Positions 23,124 through 39,132 of a stretch of DNA of 64,000 nt are shown here, piece after piece (the first letter of the stretch is position 1; every line of letters starts with the position of its first letter). The stretch lies in the NCBI RefSeq assembly GCF_009914755.1, contig NC_060932.1; one strand, written 5' to 3'. The translations under genes were made by a program, and so were the position numbers. The notes under the pieces are model-generated. The model saw only the letters and a list, made by a program, of their open reading frames with translations. It was not told the origin of the DNA and ran no database searches. Source of the DNA: the human T2T-CHM13v2.0 reference genome, Homo sapiens.

Positions 23124-23429
23124 CTAGAATGAAAAATCAAATGATTATTATTTGGTCCATAGATATTATGATGTCTAAAATAAATAATAATATTAGGCAG
23201 ATTAAACAGGGCATGTTTACTAAGGACATAAACAGCAATTCTGGCTTATTAACTCATTCTGTTATAAGATTAAGATACTGCCACTCATACACTCAAAAAT
23301 TAAGGACAGTTTGAGAAGTATGTTTCATATTGAGTATTTCAAGGGGATTCTCAACAGGTTAGAATGTCTTCTACTTGAGCACAAGACACACAGAACTGAA
23401 AAGCTAGAAGGGACCTCAATAATCTAGAA

Positions 23430-23941
<512 letters not shown>

Positions 23942-24021
23942 ATTTAGAACAATACATTCAATGATAAATGAGAAAAATAAGGCCAGGAGAGGTGAAGAGA
24001 CTTTTCTTTCTTTTTTTTTGA

Positions 24022-24240
<219 letters not shown>

Positions 24241-25286
24241 TGATCCACCCACAGCCTCCCAAAGTGTTAGGATTACAAGTGTGAGCCACCACGCCTGACC
24301 GTGAAGAGAGACTTTTCTAAGGATATACATCTAATTGTTGTGAGAGCCAGGATAAGAACTCAGACTTCCTGATATCGAAGCAAGTACCTGTACTGCTAAA
24401 TAGTATTCTTTTTCAAAAGAAAATGATAAAAGAAAAATAAAACAAATCTGATTCAAACCAAAACATATTATACAGCCAGAAGATTAACATTTAAAATATT
24501 CACACTAGAAAGTATATCCTAGTCTATTATTGCTAATTACTCAAATACACTTAGAGCTCATGTCAAAGAAGCCCTTGCAAAAGGCTTGCATTCAGTGTAT
24601 CAGCCACTAAAAAAAAAAAAGTCCATTAACTTAGTCAATGCTTATTTTTGACCAAAATAAATTTTTGGCCCCATTATCCACTATTTTGCTTTGTATGATT
24701 AAATAATGTTTGGCTTTTCTAAAATCCAAACAAATCTACTGTCAAGGGCTCCAGAAGATCCAAATGACAACAATTCTAAATAGAAAATTTGGGGAGCAGA
24801 TCAGTAGAATAAATATAAATAATCTTAGACTTAACCTACAATAAGGGATAGAAAAATGATCGGGGTAAGAGTTGTTCATACCACTCAGCAAGAATCATAG
24901 CAGACTCTTATCTTGCTTAAAAATGAAAGGGTATCATATACTTTAGTTTGTTACATTTAATCTTAAAAATGCCTCATTACCAAGCAACTATCTTATCTAC
25001 CCCAATTTTGCAGATAAGCAAACAGGCTGACAAGTTAAGTATCTTGCCAAAGGTCACAAGCTACTAAGTAGTGAACTGGAGGCTCAAATCTAGGTCTGTT
25101 TGATGCCACAGCTTGTAACTATCCTTACTAGCTCAATAGTAAAGATAATGCTATTGTTTTCTAATTAACTAACATCTGCTCTCTGAAAGGCAAGCAAAAA
25201 GCAATAAACTAAGATGCAATTAGGTGTTTAGAAACTTTGAAATATCTTTTAAAATCAGTAAATTATTTTAATTGAAAAAGACGTAC

Positions 25287-25676
25287 CTTTTCCTTCATTT
25301 TCATCAGAAATATGTATTATCTGAGAGCTAGAAGCATCTCCATTACAAGCAATCTTGTCTCTCAATTCTGTACATGCTGTAGTCTTCCTAGAGTCTTCAA
25401 GCTCATTCTCTATATTACAAGTATTTGAATTATTTCTCAATTCCAGTTTGCTTTCAGAGGCATTTTGCTGTTTTTCATTTTCTTCCACCGAAGACTCTCC
25501 TGTGTTTCCGGTCTCATTATGATCTACACTTGTGTCTTGAGTTTCCTCTGTATCACTCTCAATTTTGTGATCTATGGCATTCTGGCTATCATCCTTTGCC
25601 TGTGAAATCTTCCTTCGCTTTTTTATGGTGCCTAAGTACCAGTTTGACTTTTTGCGAATTTTCCTCTTCAACTGAG
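25287..25676 (-). CDS. ATAD2: ATAD2 exon 25 (390 bp), low-complexity linker
   Basis: AQLKRKIRKKSNWYLGTIKKRRK...ISDENEGK; GAAG| and |GTACGT. Confidence 0.96.
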
Positions 25677-27379
25677 CTTCAAGAAATTTAAAGAAAAATG
25701 ATGAAAGAACATTCAACCATTTTCTGAAATTCAAAGAGTGAAAAACCCTGATATATGAAAGGATAAATAGTGAGAAACCACAGTATTTTGTATGATTAAA
25801 ATACAGAAACAAGAATAGAGCATACTGTGAGAAGGTGGAGAAGTGGGTAAGGCCCAGACCATAAAATGGTAAAAAATTTTGATTTTATCTTGAAATTTTT
25901 TTTTTTTTTTTTTTTTGAGACGGAGTCTCACTCTGTTGCCCAGGCTGGAGTGCAGTGGTGCGATCTCGGCTCACTGCAAGCTCTGCCTCCCGGGTTCATG
26001 CCATTCTCTTGCCTCAGCCTCTCCGAGCAGCTGGGACTACAGGCACCCGCCACCATGCCCAGCTAATTTTTTGCATTTTTAGTAGAGACGGGGTTTCAAC
26101 CTGTTAGCCAGGATGGTCTCGATCTCCTGACCTCGTGATCCGCCCGCCTCGGCCTCCCAAAGTGCTGGGATTACAAGCGTGAGCCACCGCACCCGGCCTA
26201 TCTTGAATACTTTTAATCTTGAATACTTTTAAGGAGGGTACTGACATGATCTGTCTAATGCATATTTTGCAAAGATCACTTTGGCAGCAGTATGAGAAAT
26301 GGACTGGAAGAAGGGCAAGACTTGAAATAGGCTACACTTATTGAGCATTTATCATGTACTAGAAACTATCTTACTACATTGCCTAGACTGGAGTGCAATG
26401 GCTATACACAAGCACAATCTTGGCGCACTACAACCCCAAACTCCTGGGCTCAAGCGATCCTCCTAACTCAGCCTCCTGAGTGGCTACAACTATAGGTGTA
26501 TGCCACTGCATCAAGCATATACTAGGAATTCTTCTAAGCCCCTTATGTATGCTTACTCATTAAAATTTAATTTAACCTGGCTGGGCGCGGTGGCTCACGC
26601 CTGTAGTCCCAGCACTTTGGGAGGCTGAGGCGGGCGGATCACGAGGTCAGGTGATCGAGACCATCCTGGCTAACACGGTGAAACCCCATCGCTACAAAAA
26701 ATACAAAAAAATTTGCCGGGCATGGTGGCCGGTGCCTGCAGTCCCTGCTACTCGCAGGAGAATGGTGTGAACCTGGGAGGCGGAGCTTGCAGTGAATCGA
26801 GATCATGCCACTGCACTCTAGCTTGCGTGACGCAACTCCGTCTCAAAAAAAAAAAAAAAAAAAAAAAATTTTTTTCACTTTAACCCAATGAAGTTTGCTA
26901 CCATTATCATCATCATTTTACAGATGAAGAAACTAAGGTACAGAGAGGTTAAATATTCTGTCTAGACTAGATGCAGTATAACCACACAGCAGTAGTCCTG
27001 GAAAGAAGTGGTAAAACTTTTAGGTAATAGAAATGACAAAGGAGAATGAAAGATTACCTTTCTCCCCAGTGGCTTCTTTTTTTTTTTTTTTTTTGAGACA
27101 GGGTCTTGCTCTGTCACCCAGGCTGGAGTGCTGTGGCATAATCAATAGCTCACTGCAGCCTTGAACTCCTGGGCTCAAGCAATCCTCCTACCTCAGTCTC
27201 CCAAGAAGGTAGGGCTACAAATGTGTGCCACCATGCCTGGCCAGTGTTTTGTTTGTTTTTTAGAGATGGGGTCTTGCTCTGCTGCCCAGGCTGGTCTTAA
27301 ACTCCTGGCCTCAAGCAATCCTACCACCTTAGCCTCCCAAAGTGCTGGGATTACAGACATGAGCCATAGTGCCTGGCCT

Positions 27380-29390
27380 CTGTCCAGTGATTTTCTTAAT
27401 GGTGTTTGGGAACTTGTCTGCTGCCTCTTGGTTGTCAGAAGCTGCTTCTCTTGTTATCTTGATTTTTTTTTGAGATGGAGTCTTGCTCTGTCACCCAGGC
27501 TGGAGTGCTGTCACCCAGGCTCGGCTCACTGCAAGCTCCGCCTCCTGGTCTCACGCCATTCTCCTGCCTCAGCCTCCCGAGTAGCTGGACTACAGGTGCC
27601 GCCACCGTGCCCGGCTAATTTTTTGTATTTTTAGTAGTGATGGGGTTTCACCGTGTTAGCCAGGATGGTCTCGATCACATGACCTCGTGATCCGCCCACC
27701 CTGGCCTCCCAAAATGCTGGGATTACAGGCGTGAGCCACCGCGCCTGGCCCTATCTTCATATTTTTTAAGCCAAACCTCTTTCTAAAATTATCAAACCAT
27801 CTTTTGCTGGCATTAAATTCCTTCTGCTTTGTCATATAATGACTTCATTTTTTCTTGAATTGTATTAGAGTCTACAGGTATGCCTTTCTTATAGCAATCT
27901 TGCATCCGGATAAAAGCTGCATTTTCAATATCAGACAAAAGGTATTTCACAAAAAGTACAAAGTTTTTGCATTTGCTAGTGCAGCTGCAACAACAGCTTC
28001 AAAATTTCCTTCTTTTCTTTCTTTATTTTTTGAGACAGTCTCACTCTACTGCCCAGGCTGGAAGGCAGTGGCACGATCTTGGCTCACTGCAACCTCTGCC
28101 CCACTGGGTTCAAGCAATTCTCTTGCCTCAGTCCCTTGAGGGCTGGGATTACAGGAGGAGCTGGGATTACAGGCGTGCACCACCATGCCCAGCTAGTTGT
28201 TGTATTTTTAGTAGAGACGGGGTTTCACCATGTTGGCCACGCTGGTCTTGAGCTCCTGACCTCAGGCAATCCACCCACCTTGACCTCCCAAAGTGTTGGG
28301 ATTACAGGCGTGAGCCACTGCGCCTGGTATTCTTTTCTCTCTTTTGAGACAAGGGTCTCACTTTGTTGGCCAGGCTGGAGTGCAGTGATGCAATCTGGCT
28401 CACTGCAAACCCCACCTCCTGGGTTCAAGTGATTCTCATGCCTCAGCCTCCCCAGTGGCTGGGATTACAGGCACTGTCTACCATGCCTGGCTAATTTTTT
28501 TTATTTTTAGTAGAGACGGGGTTTCACTGTGTTGACCAGGCTTGTCTCAAACTCTTGATCTCAAGTGATCCACCCGCCTCAGCCTCCCAAAGTGCTGGGT
28601 TTACAGGCGTGAGCCACCATGCCTGGCTCTTTATTATTATTGTTTACAATGGTCCTTATACTGGATTCATTTGTCTTGAAAGGGCAGGGTACTACAGCTG
28701 CAGACCTCAATCTATGTTACATAACAAACAATTCAACTTTATCTTAGAAGGTTATGACTTTCTCTGCTTCTTGGGAGCACTTCCAGCATTACTAGTGGCA
28801 CCTCCTATGTGTCCTATGGTGTTACTCAAGATTTTTTGTACTATACTAAACACACACAAAAAATACTTGAGAACCGCAAATCACTTTTTACTGCAATAAG
28901 CAATTTACTGGACAGGCCAACGGCTCACCGCATCACACATCGTTTTAAGCAGATACTCATGAAACTTGAGCTCACCACAACAGCCACAGGAGGTGGCTCC
29001 AAAATTACGGTAGTAAAGTTATGTACTATAGTAAATTTTATGCAGTTGTGATTTAATACTGAGTCTTTACATTTGTTTAAATTTCTCTTGACTGCAAATG
29101 GTGCTATGTACGATCTGTGTTTGTGTGGTAAGTTTTGATAAATCTTAACTTTTTAAAATAGACTTGTGTATATTTTATGGTGGTGATAAAATAGACTACT
29201 GTCTATACATATTGTATGCATCTGTGACATACCTAACTTTTTCACTATTTCTAGGCTACGTGATTCAATCTGCAAGTTTTTTCAAACTGTTGCAAAGCTC
29301 CAAAAAAATTTCCAAGATATTTATTGAAAAAAATCCACACATATGTGGACCTGTGTACCTCAAACTCGTATTATTCAAGGGTCAATTGTA
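27380..29390 (-). mobile_element. Tigger2 DNA transposon fragment split by three Alus
   Basis: Terminus TTCAAGGGTCAATTG+TA at ~29373-29390; minus-strand transposase remnant [18 protein letters not shown]...[13 protein letters not shown] across 27380-27820. Confidence 0.8.
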
Positions 29391-29776
29391 CTCAGAACAT
29401 AAAAATGAAATGAATATCCACCAACAGAAGAAACTCACATAATCAGCACCCAGATTGAGAAACAGAATATATACTAACATTCCAAATCACCCTTATTCTA
29501 ATTCTAGTCATAATATCCTAAAAAGTAAATAATATCCTGATTTATGACACCATGGATTAGTTTTGCCCATTTTTGACTTCATACATATATAAAAATTTTA
29601 AATACATATTTTAAAATTTATTTCACATGTAAATGTATCTAGGATTCACTCAACATTGTTTGGGAGGTTCATCTGTGCTGCTGTATGTAGTTGACGTTTA
29701 AGGATTCTCACTGTATAATAATTCATATCTTTCCATTCTACTGGTAATGGGCATTTGAGTTACCCCCAGTGTTGAA

Positions 29777-29825
29777 CCATGACTTTTAATGGCAAAACCA
29801 CAACCACTTTTGTACCAACCTAATA
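29777..29825. mobile_element. Half MADE1 (spacer plus one TIR) inside an L1ME relic
   Basis: ACTTTTAATGGCAAAACCACAACCACTTTTGTACCAACCTAATA. Confidence 0.75.
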
Positions 29826-30256
29826 TTATGAATATTGCTTCTTTGAATATTCTTGTACATGTCTTTTGGTGGACACAAAATATGTAATCCTGTTGGGTAT
29901 CTATCAAACGATTGTTTTAAGGGAGCCAATTTCCATATATATATACTTGCTTAAAGCTGATTTGACTGTCAGCATTCTGGTAGTGAAGGCCTCTTGCTAA
30001 TTTTCTTCTCTTATCTTTCCTTTCCCAGCTGCCTCCTCCCATTTTTTCAAAAGAAGGGCTTATTCTTTATCTATCTCAAATCAATTACCCGAGGATGGAC
30101 AAACTTGCAATACAATAGAAGGTTCAACCCCAGCAAACACCGCTAACCCTAACCTTAACACACACACAGAGATCTAAAAAGGTAGTGAGGAATGGCCAGG
30201 CGCAGTGGCTCACGCCTGTAATCCCAACACTTTGGGAGGCCGAGGTGGGTGGATCA

Positions 30257-30538
<282 letters not shown>

Positions 30539-30962
30539 CTAAAATCTGGGAAAACAAGTGAATAACAGAGGCTGAGAAGCTAAGCAGTCTGACAAAGGGG
30601 CTTAAAGAACAAAAATTGGAATTAGAAGTCTGCCAAGGAAGGCAGGCCTTAGAAAACCCTACAGGCTTTGAATAGGTAACGTGGAGTTACCTTCTAAGAA
30701 TAAGGGGGAGTAAGAAATAGACCAGAATTTACAGACATCAGTTTCAAATCAAGACAGTCCACAATTAGATGGTGACTTCTGGGTTGCAAGTGGTACATTA
30801 TAAACTTGGATTTATTTCAAGAATGCAAAGTTGTCTTAATAGTAACAAAATCAATGTAATTCACTGCATTAACACAAATAAAGGAAAATAAGGGAGAAAG
30901 TTAATGGCATTAGAAAAGAATAAAGTTATAATTTCATAAATGAAAACTACTTGAGTACTTAC

Positions 30963-31106
30963 CAGGAGTGCTGCAAGCCACAGGAGTACTCGGTGTCTTT
31001 AGCTTTTCATTCTGCTCTGGGTCTGATCTTTTATCACCAACAAGAGTGGAATTTTGCTTTGGCATCACATGGTAGTAAGACGGGGCATATTTGGAGGAGC
31101 TACAAC
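30963..31106 (-). CDS. ATAD2: ATAD2 exon 24 (144 bp)
   Basis: GCSSSKYAPSYYHVMPKQNSTLVGDKRSDPEQNEKLKTPSTPVACSTP; TAAG| and |GTAAGT. Confidence 0.95.
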
Positions 31107-31284
31107 CTTATAAATAGATATGTGGGATGTCAAAAGGATTTCCAGATTTCAAAATTACATGAAGGATTAACTAAAAGTACAAAATACATCTGAAGCATCC
31201 TTTTCAGATGCTTCTGAAATTCATATATTCTGAAATTCATTGATAATATTAGGTTGGTACAAATCAACCAAATCACTTTCCTAC

Positions 31285-31407
31285 CTCTTTTCTTTCTAGA
31301 TTCCTGAATTTCTTCACAGAGCTGCTCAAAGTCTTCATCAAGTTCTTCTTTAATTATGGCATAGGCAGTATCTCTTAAAGCACAGGCTCTATGCCTAATA
31401 AGACGAT
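31285..31407 (-). CDS. ATAD2: ATAD2 exon 23 (123 bp)
   Basis: DRLIRHRACALRDTAYAIIKEELDEDFEQLCEEIQESRKKR; ATAG| and |GTAGGA. Confidence 0.96.
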
Positions 31408-32074
31408 CTATGAAGTGAGTAAAAAATGTAATTTTTAATTTCCCCCTTTTAATAATATACCAAAAATAAACTCAGCATATTAGGCTAAGATAGTAGCTCT
31501 TACAATTCCTTTTGACTTTTACCAAGAATAGTCAAAGTTACTGGAATTGTCCTATTCTGTTTCTGGAGCTAATCTAATGTTCTGGACATCTGATTCAATA
31601 TGGCAAACTAAACCCAAACAATTTTACTGCTCTGTCCTGTTCAGATCCCTTTGAAATATCAGAAAAAAAAAAGGAATCAATCAATAGCAAGAGATTAAAC
31701 ATGATAACGAAAAATAAAAGAGAAGGCTATCAGTGTCATTAGTGAACAAAGAATGTGAAAGAATTTTGCAAGAGATTTATAGAGGTTGTTATTGCATTGA
31801 CAAAGAAAATAGACAAAGACAATGAAAAAGCAACCCTCCACAGGAAACACTGGGAAAATCCTAAGCTCAGAGTATGAATACTACAAACTGGAATATGATT
31901 TGAGGCAGAAGACGGAATAAGTGAATGCAGGATTGCTTGAGCCACATCAATACTCCTCAAAGGACAAGAGATTGCAAAATTCACTCCCAGGTTATACAGT
32001 ACATTACACGCAGAATGCTGAAGTGGGCTTTCTAACATGGCATTTGGGCCTGAAGAAAGTCAGGGCAAGGTCTA

Positions 32075-32247
32075 AGTAGTGGTTCCAGAACTCAGCAGCC
32101 TGTGTCACCGGGAAACTCATTAGAAATGCAAATTCTCAGGGGCCACACCTACAGAATCAGAAACCCTAGAGATGGGGTCCAGTGATCCATATTTTATGAA
32201 GTCCTTTAGGAGATTCTGATGTCCACTAACATTTGACACCACTAGCC
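32075..32247. mobile_element. MER5A
   Basis: TTAGAAATGCAAATTCTCAGG...AGAATCAGAAAC...GATTCTGATG motifs. Confidence 0.8.
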
Positions 32248-33457
32248 TGAAGTAATTTTAGATTGCCACAATAGACAGAAAGGGAGCAGCAGCAACAGCA
32301 TGATTGCAATGCAACAGAGAAAGCCCTCTGCCTCCAGGGTACCTCGTTTCTTCTTCCTATGTACAATGGACTGTTCTCATCTTGTTAGTCTGTTTCCTAC
32401 TGCTTGACTCCAGAACTCTGAACTACAGGGAAATGCCTAGGGAAGGTGAGCTAGAGGACTGGGAGGGAAAGAATAGTAAGCTTTTCAATTGTTGAAAAAA
32501 ATTTTAGTAGTTTCCTATACTAATCAATCTAACTAACAAGCACCACCAATTTAAAAACAGAAAGCCAATGTACTGGAGGAGAAATGAATACAGAAAACAA
32601 CTATTTTTAAAATGTATCTTTTTATCCACTGGTAAGAGTTAAAGAACTCTGCATCTGTAATAACAGGAAGCCATCAAAAAATTAAATAAGCACCCAAGAA
32701 AGAACATTTCTTGGAAATGGACAAGCTGCAGAACAAACATATCATTAAAAATCCTTTATACATTTTATTTTTAAAAATTTGTAAAAATGTATGGGGTGCA
32801 AGTGTAATTTTTGTTACAGGCACAGACTGCACATGAAGTCAGGGCTTTGGGGGTATCCACCACCCAAATAACATACATTGTACCCACTAAATTTTATATT
32901 AATAGATGCGATAGGTGAAAGCAGAAGGGGTATATGCACAGAAAAAGGTCTGAAAAGATATCCTCAAACTTAACAGTGTCTGCCTTTGGAGAAAGGAAAT
33001 GGGGGACTAGATTTTTAAAAATATTACTACTAGTAAGCCCTATATTATATTGCTTTTGTAATAAAAATTATAATGGTCTTAACTAATAGAATATTTTAAA
33101 AACTATTTCATTACAGAGTGCCTACTTTTCCACTTTGAGGAAGAGCACTGATATACAAAGTATACAAGCCATTTTGTGTCTCATTAGAGGATCTATCATG
33201 TAATTGTTAATAAACAGGGATTTGGGAATGAAAGAAACCTGCATTCAAATTCTCACTCTGTCCCTTCCTGGAAGTGTGACCTTCAGCAATGTTTTTAACC
33301 TTTCTAAACTTCATTTTTACCATTTGTAAAATGGTTGTTGTGAGGATTAAATAGTATTTTGATTATGTTTATAATATAGCACCTGACACAAAAATCAACC
33401 CTAAGTGTTAGCTGCCCCCCAACTCAACCCCCTGAAAAAAAATTCACTAATGCTCAC

Positions 33458-33617
33458 CTCCAGGATCTCTATCTGGATTGTATTCTAAGGCATTACTACA
33501 GATTAGATCAATATCTCTCAAATAGTCTTTCACAGTCAGATACTTGTGTAGATCAATTTTACTGATTACAGATGAAAGGTCCATTGGTTGCTTTATTACA
33601 GTGACATAATCAGGAAC
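33458..33617 (-). CDS. ATAD2: ATAD2 exon 22 (160 bp), bromodomain core
   Basis: VPDYVTVIKQPMDLSSVISKIDLHKYLTVKDYLRDIDLICSNALEYNPDRDPG, including the PDY, PMDL and acetyl-lysine-binding YN motifs. Confidence 0.98.
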
Positions 33618-33786
33618 CTAAAATTCAAGCAAATGATCAAATCACAAAATTAACTCTAAACATAACATGTGAGTCAAGTTTCGATGCCAGGCAATATAGG
33701 AGATAGAGAATAAATACGTAAGAGATTATGATAATATATTTAACATAAAACCTTTCACTTGATTTAAGGCTGTTTTTGTTTTGTAT

Positions 33787-33860
33787 TTGTTTCTATTCCT
33801 TGGGCAGCTGTATCCTCCAGTAATTGTTTCTTATTCTTGGGCAGCTGTATTCTCCAGTAA
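33787..33860. repeat. Two-copy 37-bp tandem duplication
   Basis: TTGTTTCTATTCCTTGGGCAGCTGTATCCTCCAGTAA / TTGTTTCTTATTCTTGGGCAGCTGTATTCTCCAGTAA. Confidence 0.9.
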
Positions 33861-33880
33861 CAGCCTATATTCTTTCCTCA

Positions 33881-34447
<567 letters not shown>

Positions 34448-34710
34448 TCAAAAAAAAAAAATAATAAGACATTCTCAATTACTTCTGGAATGTTTAGGTT
34501 GGGGAGACAAAGTTAATTGTCTGCAGGAAAGGAAAATGCGTTACCCTGCTCTTAAAGTCTACATGTGCTTAGGACACTAACCCGGTACATGTTTCCAAAT
34601 AGATAAAACTAGTTAAGAGTGTAGGCAGAACCACATAAACTCTTCAAATATCCTTTGATTGTGAAGCATTATGGCCTAGAATACACTTGATCCAAAGATT
34701 AAACTAATAC

Positions 34711-34907
34711 CTCATCAGGGTCAACAGGCTTAGTAAACACTCGGAATCGCTTGTCAATAGCAAGCCTATGTGTAACATTTCTTAAGAAAATCCTCAGTTC
34801 TCTAAATGTATCTTCTTCTTGTTCTTCTAGTCGTTTCACTTCTTCTGCTGTCAGTGATCTTGGCTCAGGTGGTGGTGCTACTGGGAGTACCTCCAAAGCC
34901 TGCAAAA
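34711..34907 (-). CDS. ATAD2: ATAD2 exon 21 (197 bp), bromodomain N-terminal part
   Basis: VLQALEVLPVAPPPEPRSLTAEEVKRLEEQEEDTFRELRIFLRNVTHRLAIDKRFRVFTKPVDPDE; the GAAG| acceptor is required to keep frame. Confidence 0.95.
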
Positions 34908-36396
34908 CTTCACATGAATGGAAGAATTTAGTTACTGCTCCTCCATAACATTGAGGTTGACAAATGATTTAATGAAAACAGAGTCAGGATTTGAGGGATT
35001 ATCTTCCTCATATATGCAAGGAATCCAAAGATTTGAAATACAAAAGTATTACCATAATCTCTAACCCTACGTCCCCTCCAGAAATCATTAGTAACTTGTA
35101 ATTTGGAATGCTAATTCCTACAAGTCATTACCTCTGTTCCTTTAAGATAATTTAAGAGGCAGCCGGGTGTGGTGGCTCACACCTGTAATCCCAGCACTTT
35201 GGGAGGCCGAGGTGGGTGGATCACCAGGTCAGGAGATCGAGACCACCCTGGCTAATACAGTGAAACCCGGTCTCTACTAAAAATACAAAAAATTAGCTGG
35301 CGTGGTGGCGTGCGCCTGTAGTCCTACCTACTCAGGAGGCTGAGGCAGGAGAATGGCGTGAATCTGGGAGGCAGAGCTTGCAGTGAGCCAAGATCGTGCC
35401 ACTGCACTCCAGCCTGGGTGACAGAGAGAGACTCCGTCTCAAGGAAAAAAAAAAAAAAGACAATTTAAGAGGCTATTAAACTTTGAAATTGCATTATTTC
35501 CAGGACAAAAATATTCTAACTATAAAAAAGCCTTCTTTACTAGTTTTGAACTAATGAAAATGTGTAATATGTTTCAAATATACCAACAGGTTATTTTGTT
35601 TAAATAGATATCCAATGAGTACTCAGGATGAAAAAAAGGATTATTAGAGTCCTGCCACAATGAGCTGACAAACTACTAAGGGAGTAAGAGGCATAATTAT
35701 ATCATTGTGATGCCATATTAGTAGTATTTTAAAAGTATGATGGGTCATAAAGGCAGAAGCAATTCATTTTGCCCATATAAGTTAGGAAAGGCTTCATAAT
35801 AAAGAATAAATGAGGTATACTAAAAGGACAAGTATTTAGCCGGGCATTTTGGCATGAGCCTCTTGTCCTAGCTACTTCGGAGGCTGAGGTGGGAGGATGC
35901 TTGAGCCCAGGAGGTTGAGGCTGCAGTTGAGCCTCGATCATGCCACTTCACTCCAGTGGATGACACAGACCCTGTCTCAAAAAATAAAAATAAAAGAATA
36001 AGTAGTTCTTTAGACAGAGATGGGGGATAGAGATAGAAGCTTTACTGATGAGAGAGCAAGCATTACTAAAATAGTGAAAAGGTAAAATTATGTTACATAT
36101 GGTTTAAAGATAGTGTTTTATGAGAAAAAAAATGTGGGGGTGGAGGGCTGAGGCAGAACACAAGTGCCCAAAATGAGCTTAGAAAGATAGATTGGGGCTA
36201 TACTATGAAAGACTTTGTGTACCTTAAGAACTTTAGTCTGTTTTAATGGGAAGCATAGAGATTTTTAAGCAGCAGATGCATCAACCTCATGACTTAGGTT
36301 TTGAGCTTGTGTTATCAGATACATGTCAATGCCATTAACTATTTCATTCCTACTTTCTCAAAATTATTAAATATTAACTTTGATATAGAAACTAAC

Positions 36397-36532
36397 CTGC
36401 TTTCTTTTTTGATATAGGAGGCTTAGCAGCTTGTTTTAGAATTAAATCTTCAAAAAATTTTGTCCGTTCTTCTTTATCCGGTAACTGGACATTAAAAATC
36501 TCTCCATAATCACGGATAAACAATTCTTGCAC
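36397..36532 (-). CDS. ATAD2: ATAD2 exon 20 (136 bp)
   Basis: VQELFIRDYGEIFNVQLPDKEERTKFFEDLILKQAAKPPISKKKA; TAAG| and |GTTAGT. Confidence 0.95.
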
Positions 36533-36569
36533 CTTAAAAAAGAAAATAAATGCAATATATATCATATAT

Positions 36570-36712
36570 ACAGATGATCCCCAACTTACAATGGTTCAAT
36601 TTACAATTTTTAGACTTTACAGCAGCATGAAAGTGACATGTATTCAGTATGTCCCTCCACTTAACAATCGGGTTATGTCCAAATAAACCCATCATATGTC
36701 AAGGAGCATCTA
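36570..36712. mobile_element. Internally deleted MER47/Tigger5-type MITE ~40 nt upstream of the exon 20 acceptor
   Basis: TA-CAGATGATCCCCAACTTACAATGG...GGAGCATCTA-TA inverted termini. Confidence 0.7.
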
Positions 36713-36996
36713 TACAGTATATAAACATATGTATGCAGTATATATACACACATGCATATGAAATGCATGTGTCAGTCATTCAAGACAATAGCAGGTTATT
36801 ATACACATATTTTTAATGACAAGCTAAATTGTATATTTTTTAAACAAGTCTTTAAAGAATGTTAGATTTATGTATAAACCATGTTTACAAGAGATTAAGG
36901 AACTAAAAATCATGAGAACTCAAGAACCCAAACTACAATTAATAAAGGAACTGACTTGATGATATTTTACTTTTTTTGTTTTCTTTTTTTTTTTAA

Positions 36997-37146
<150 letters not shown>

Positions 37147-37384
37147 TAAACTTTTTGTAGAGATAGGGTCTCCTTGTGTTGCCCAGGCTGATCTCAAATT
37201 CCTGGGCTTAAGTGATCCTCCTGCCCTGGCCTCCCAAAGTGCTACAATTACACGCATATGCCACCGTGCCTGGTCCTGATACTTAAAAGGTTTGTTGAGA
37301 TCAATTAATTCATTTTCCCAACCCCAAATGAGATATAAGAAAGAGCAACTGTTCAAAAATAAAAAGCAAACAAACAAACAAAAA

Positions 37385-38221
<837 letters not shown>

Positions 38222-38913
38222 TAGTCCCTGGCCCATTCTCCCCTACTTATAGAATGTGGTATTAAAATATTTTACCCAGTTTGCAATTATATGCTTAGAA
38301 AATATTATCCTAAGAAAAAAAGTAAGAGAAGCTATGCTTTAAGAAAAGATCTTTTGGTATAGAATTTCCACATTCTCGAAAAAGTTTCCCCAGATTAAAC
38401 CGATTACATTTTTTCGACCTCTCCACATCCATACAAAGTTCACCTAGTTTGTCTTACTTGTTACCCGGAGCATAAAGCCATTATCTTTATTTCAAATCTC
38501 AAAATGATTAACAGTTTCAGTTGATAGAATAAGAAGCCAGTAATACTATGGCTAACAATCTTTTTTTTCCACTGTGTTAATCAGAACACTGCTAGAGTAC
38601 TTCATTCATTCTGGCTCTGGCCTTCCAAAAGAACTAGAAAAAAGAAAGACATTCAGGAGAGTGACAAGAATTTTGAAGAAACTACAACCTGGTGTGCTGT
38701 GTAACAAAGTCTACTATTACCACAATCTGTATTCTTGTTCTTTGGGCACACAGCTAGGTCAGATTTCCTAGCCTTTCTTGCAATGAAGTAGGCTATGTGA
38801 CTGAGCTTTAGCCAGTGGAATTTGAGAGGAAATGATTTACACCACTTCCAAGTCAGGCACAAGCAAGAGCCTGTCCTTTCAGTTGACTGTACTGAAAGCG
38901 ACCTGGAAGGCTA

Positions 38914-39132
<219 letters not shown>

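Noticed and set aside
30143-30159. CTAACCCTAACCTTAAC telomere-like repeat
   Set aside because: Under three units; compatible with chance
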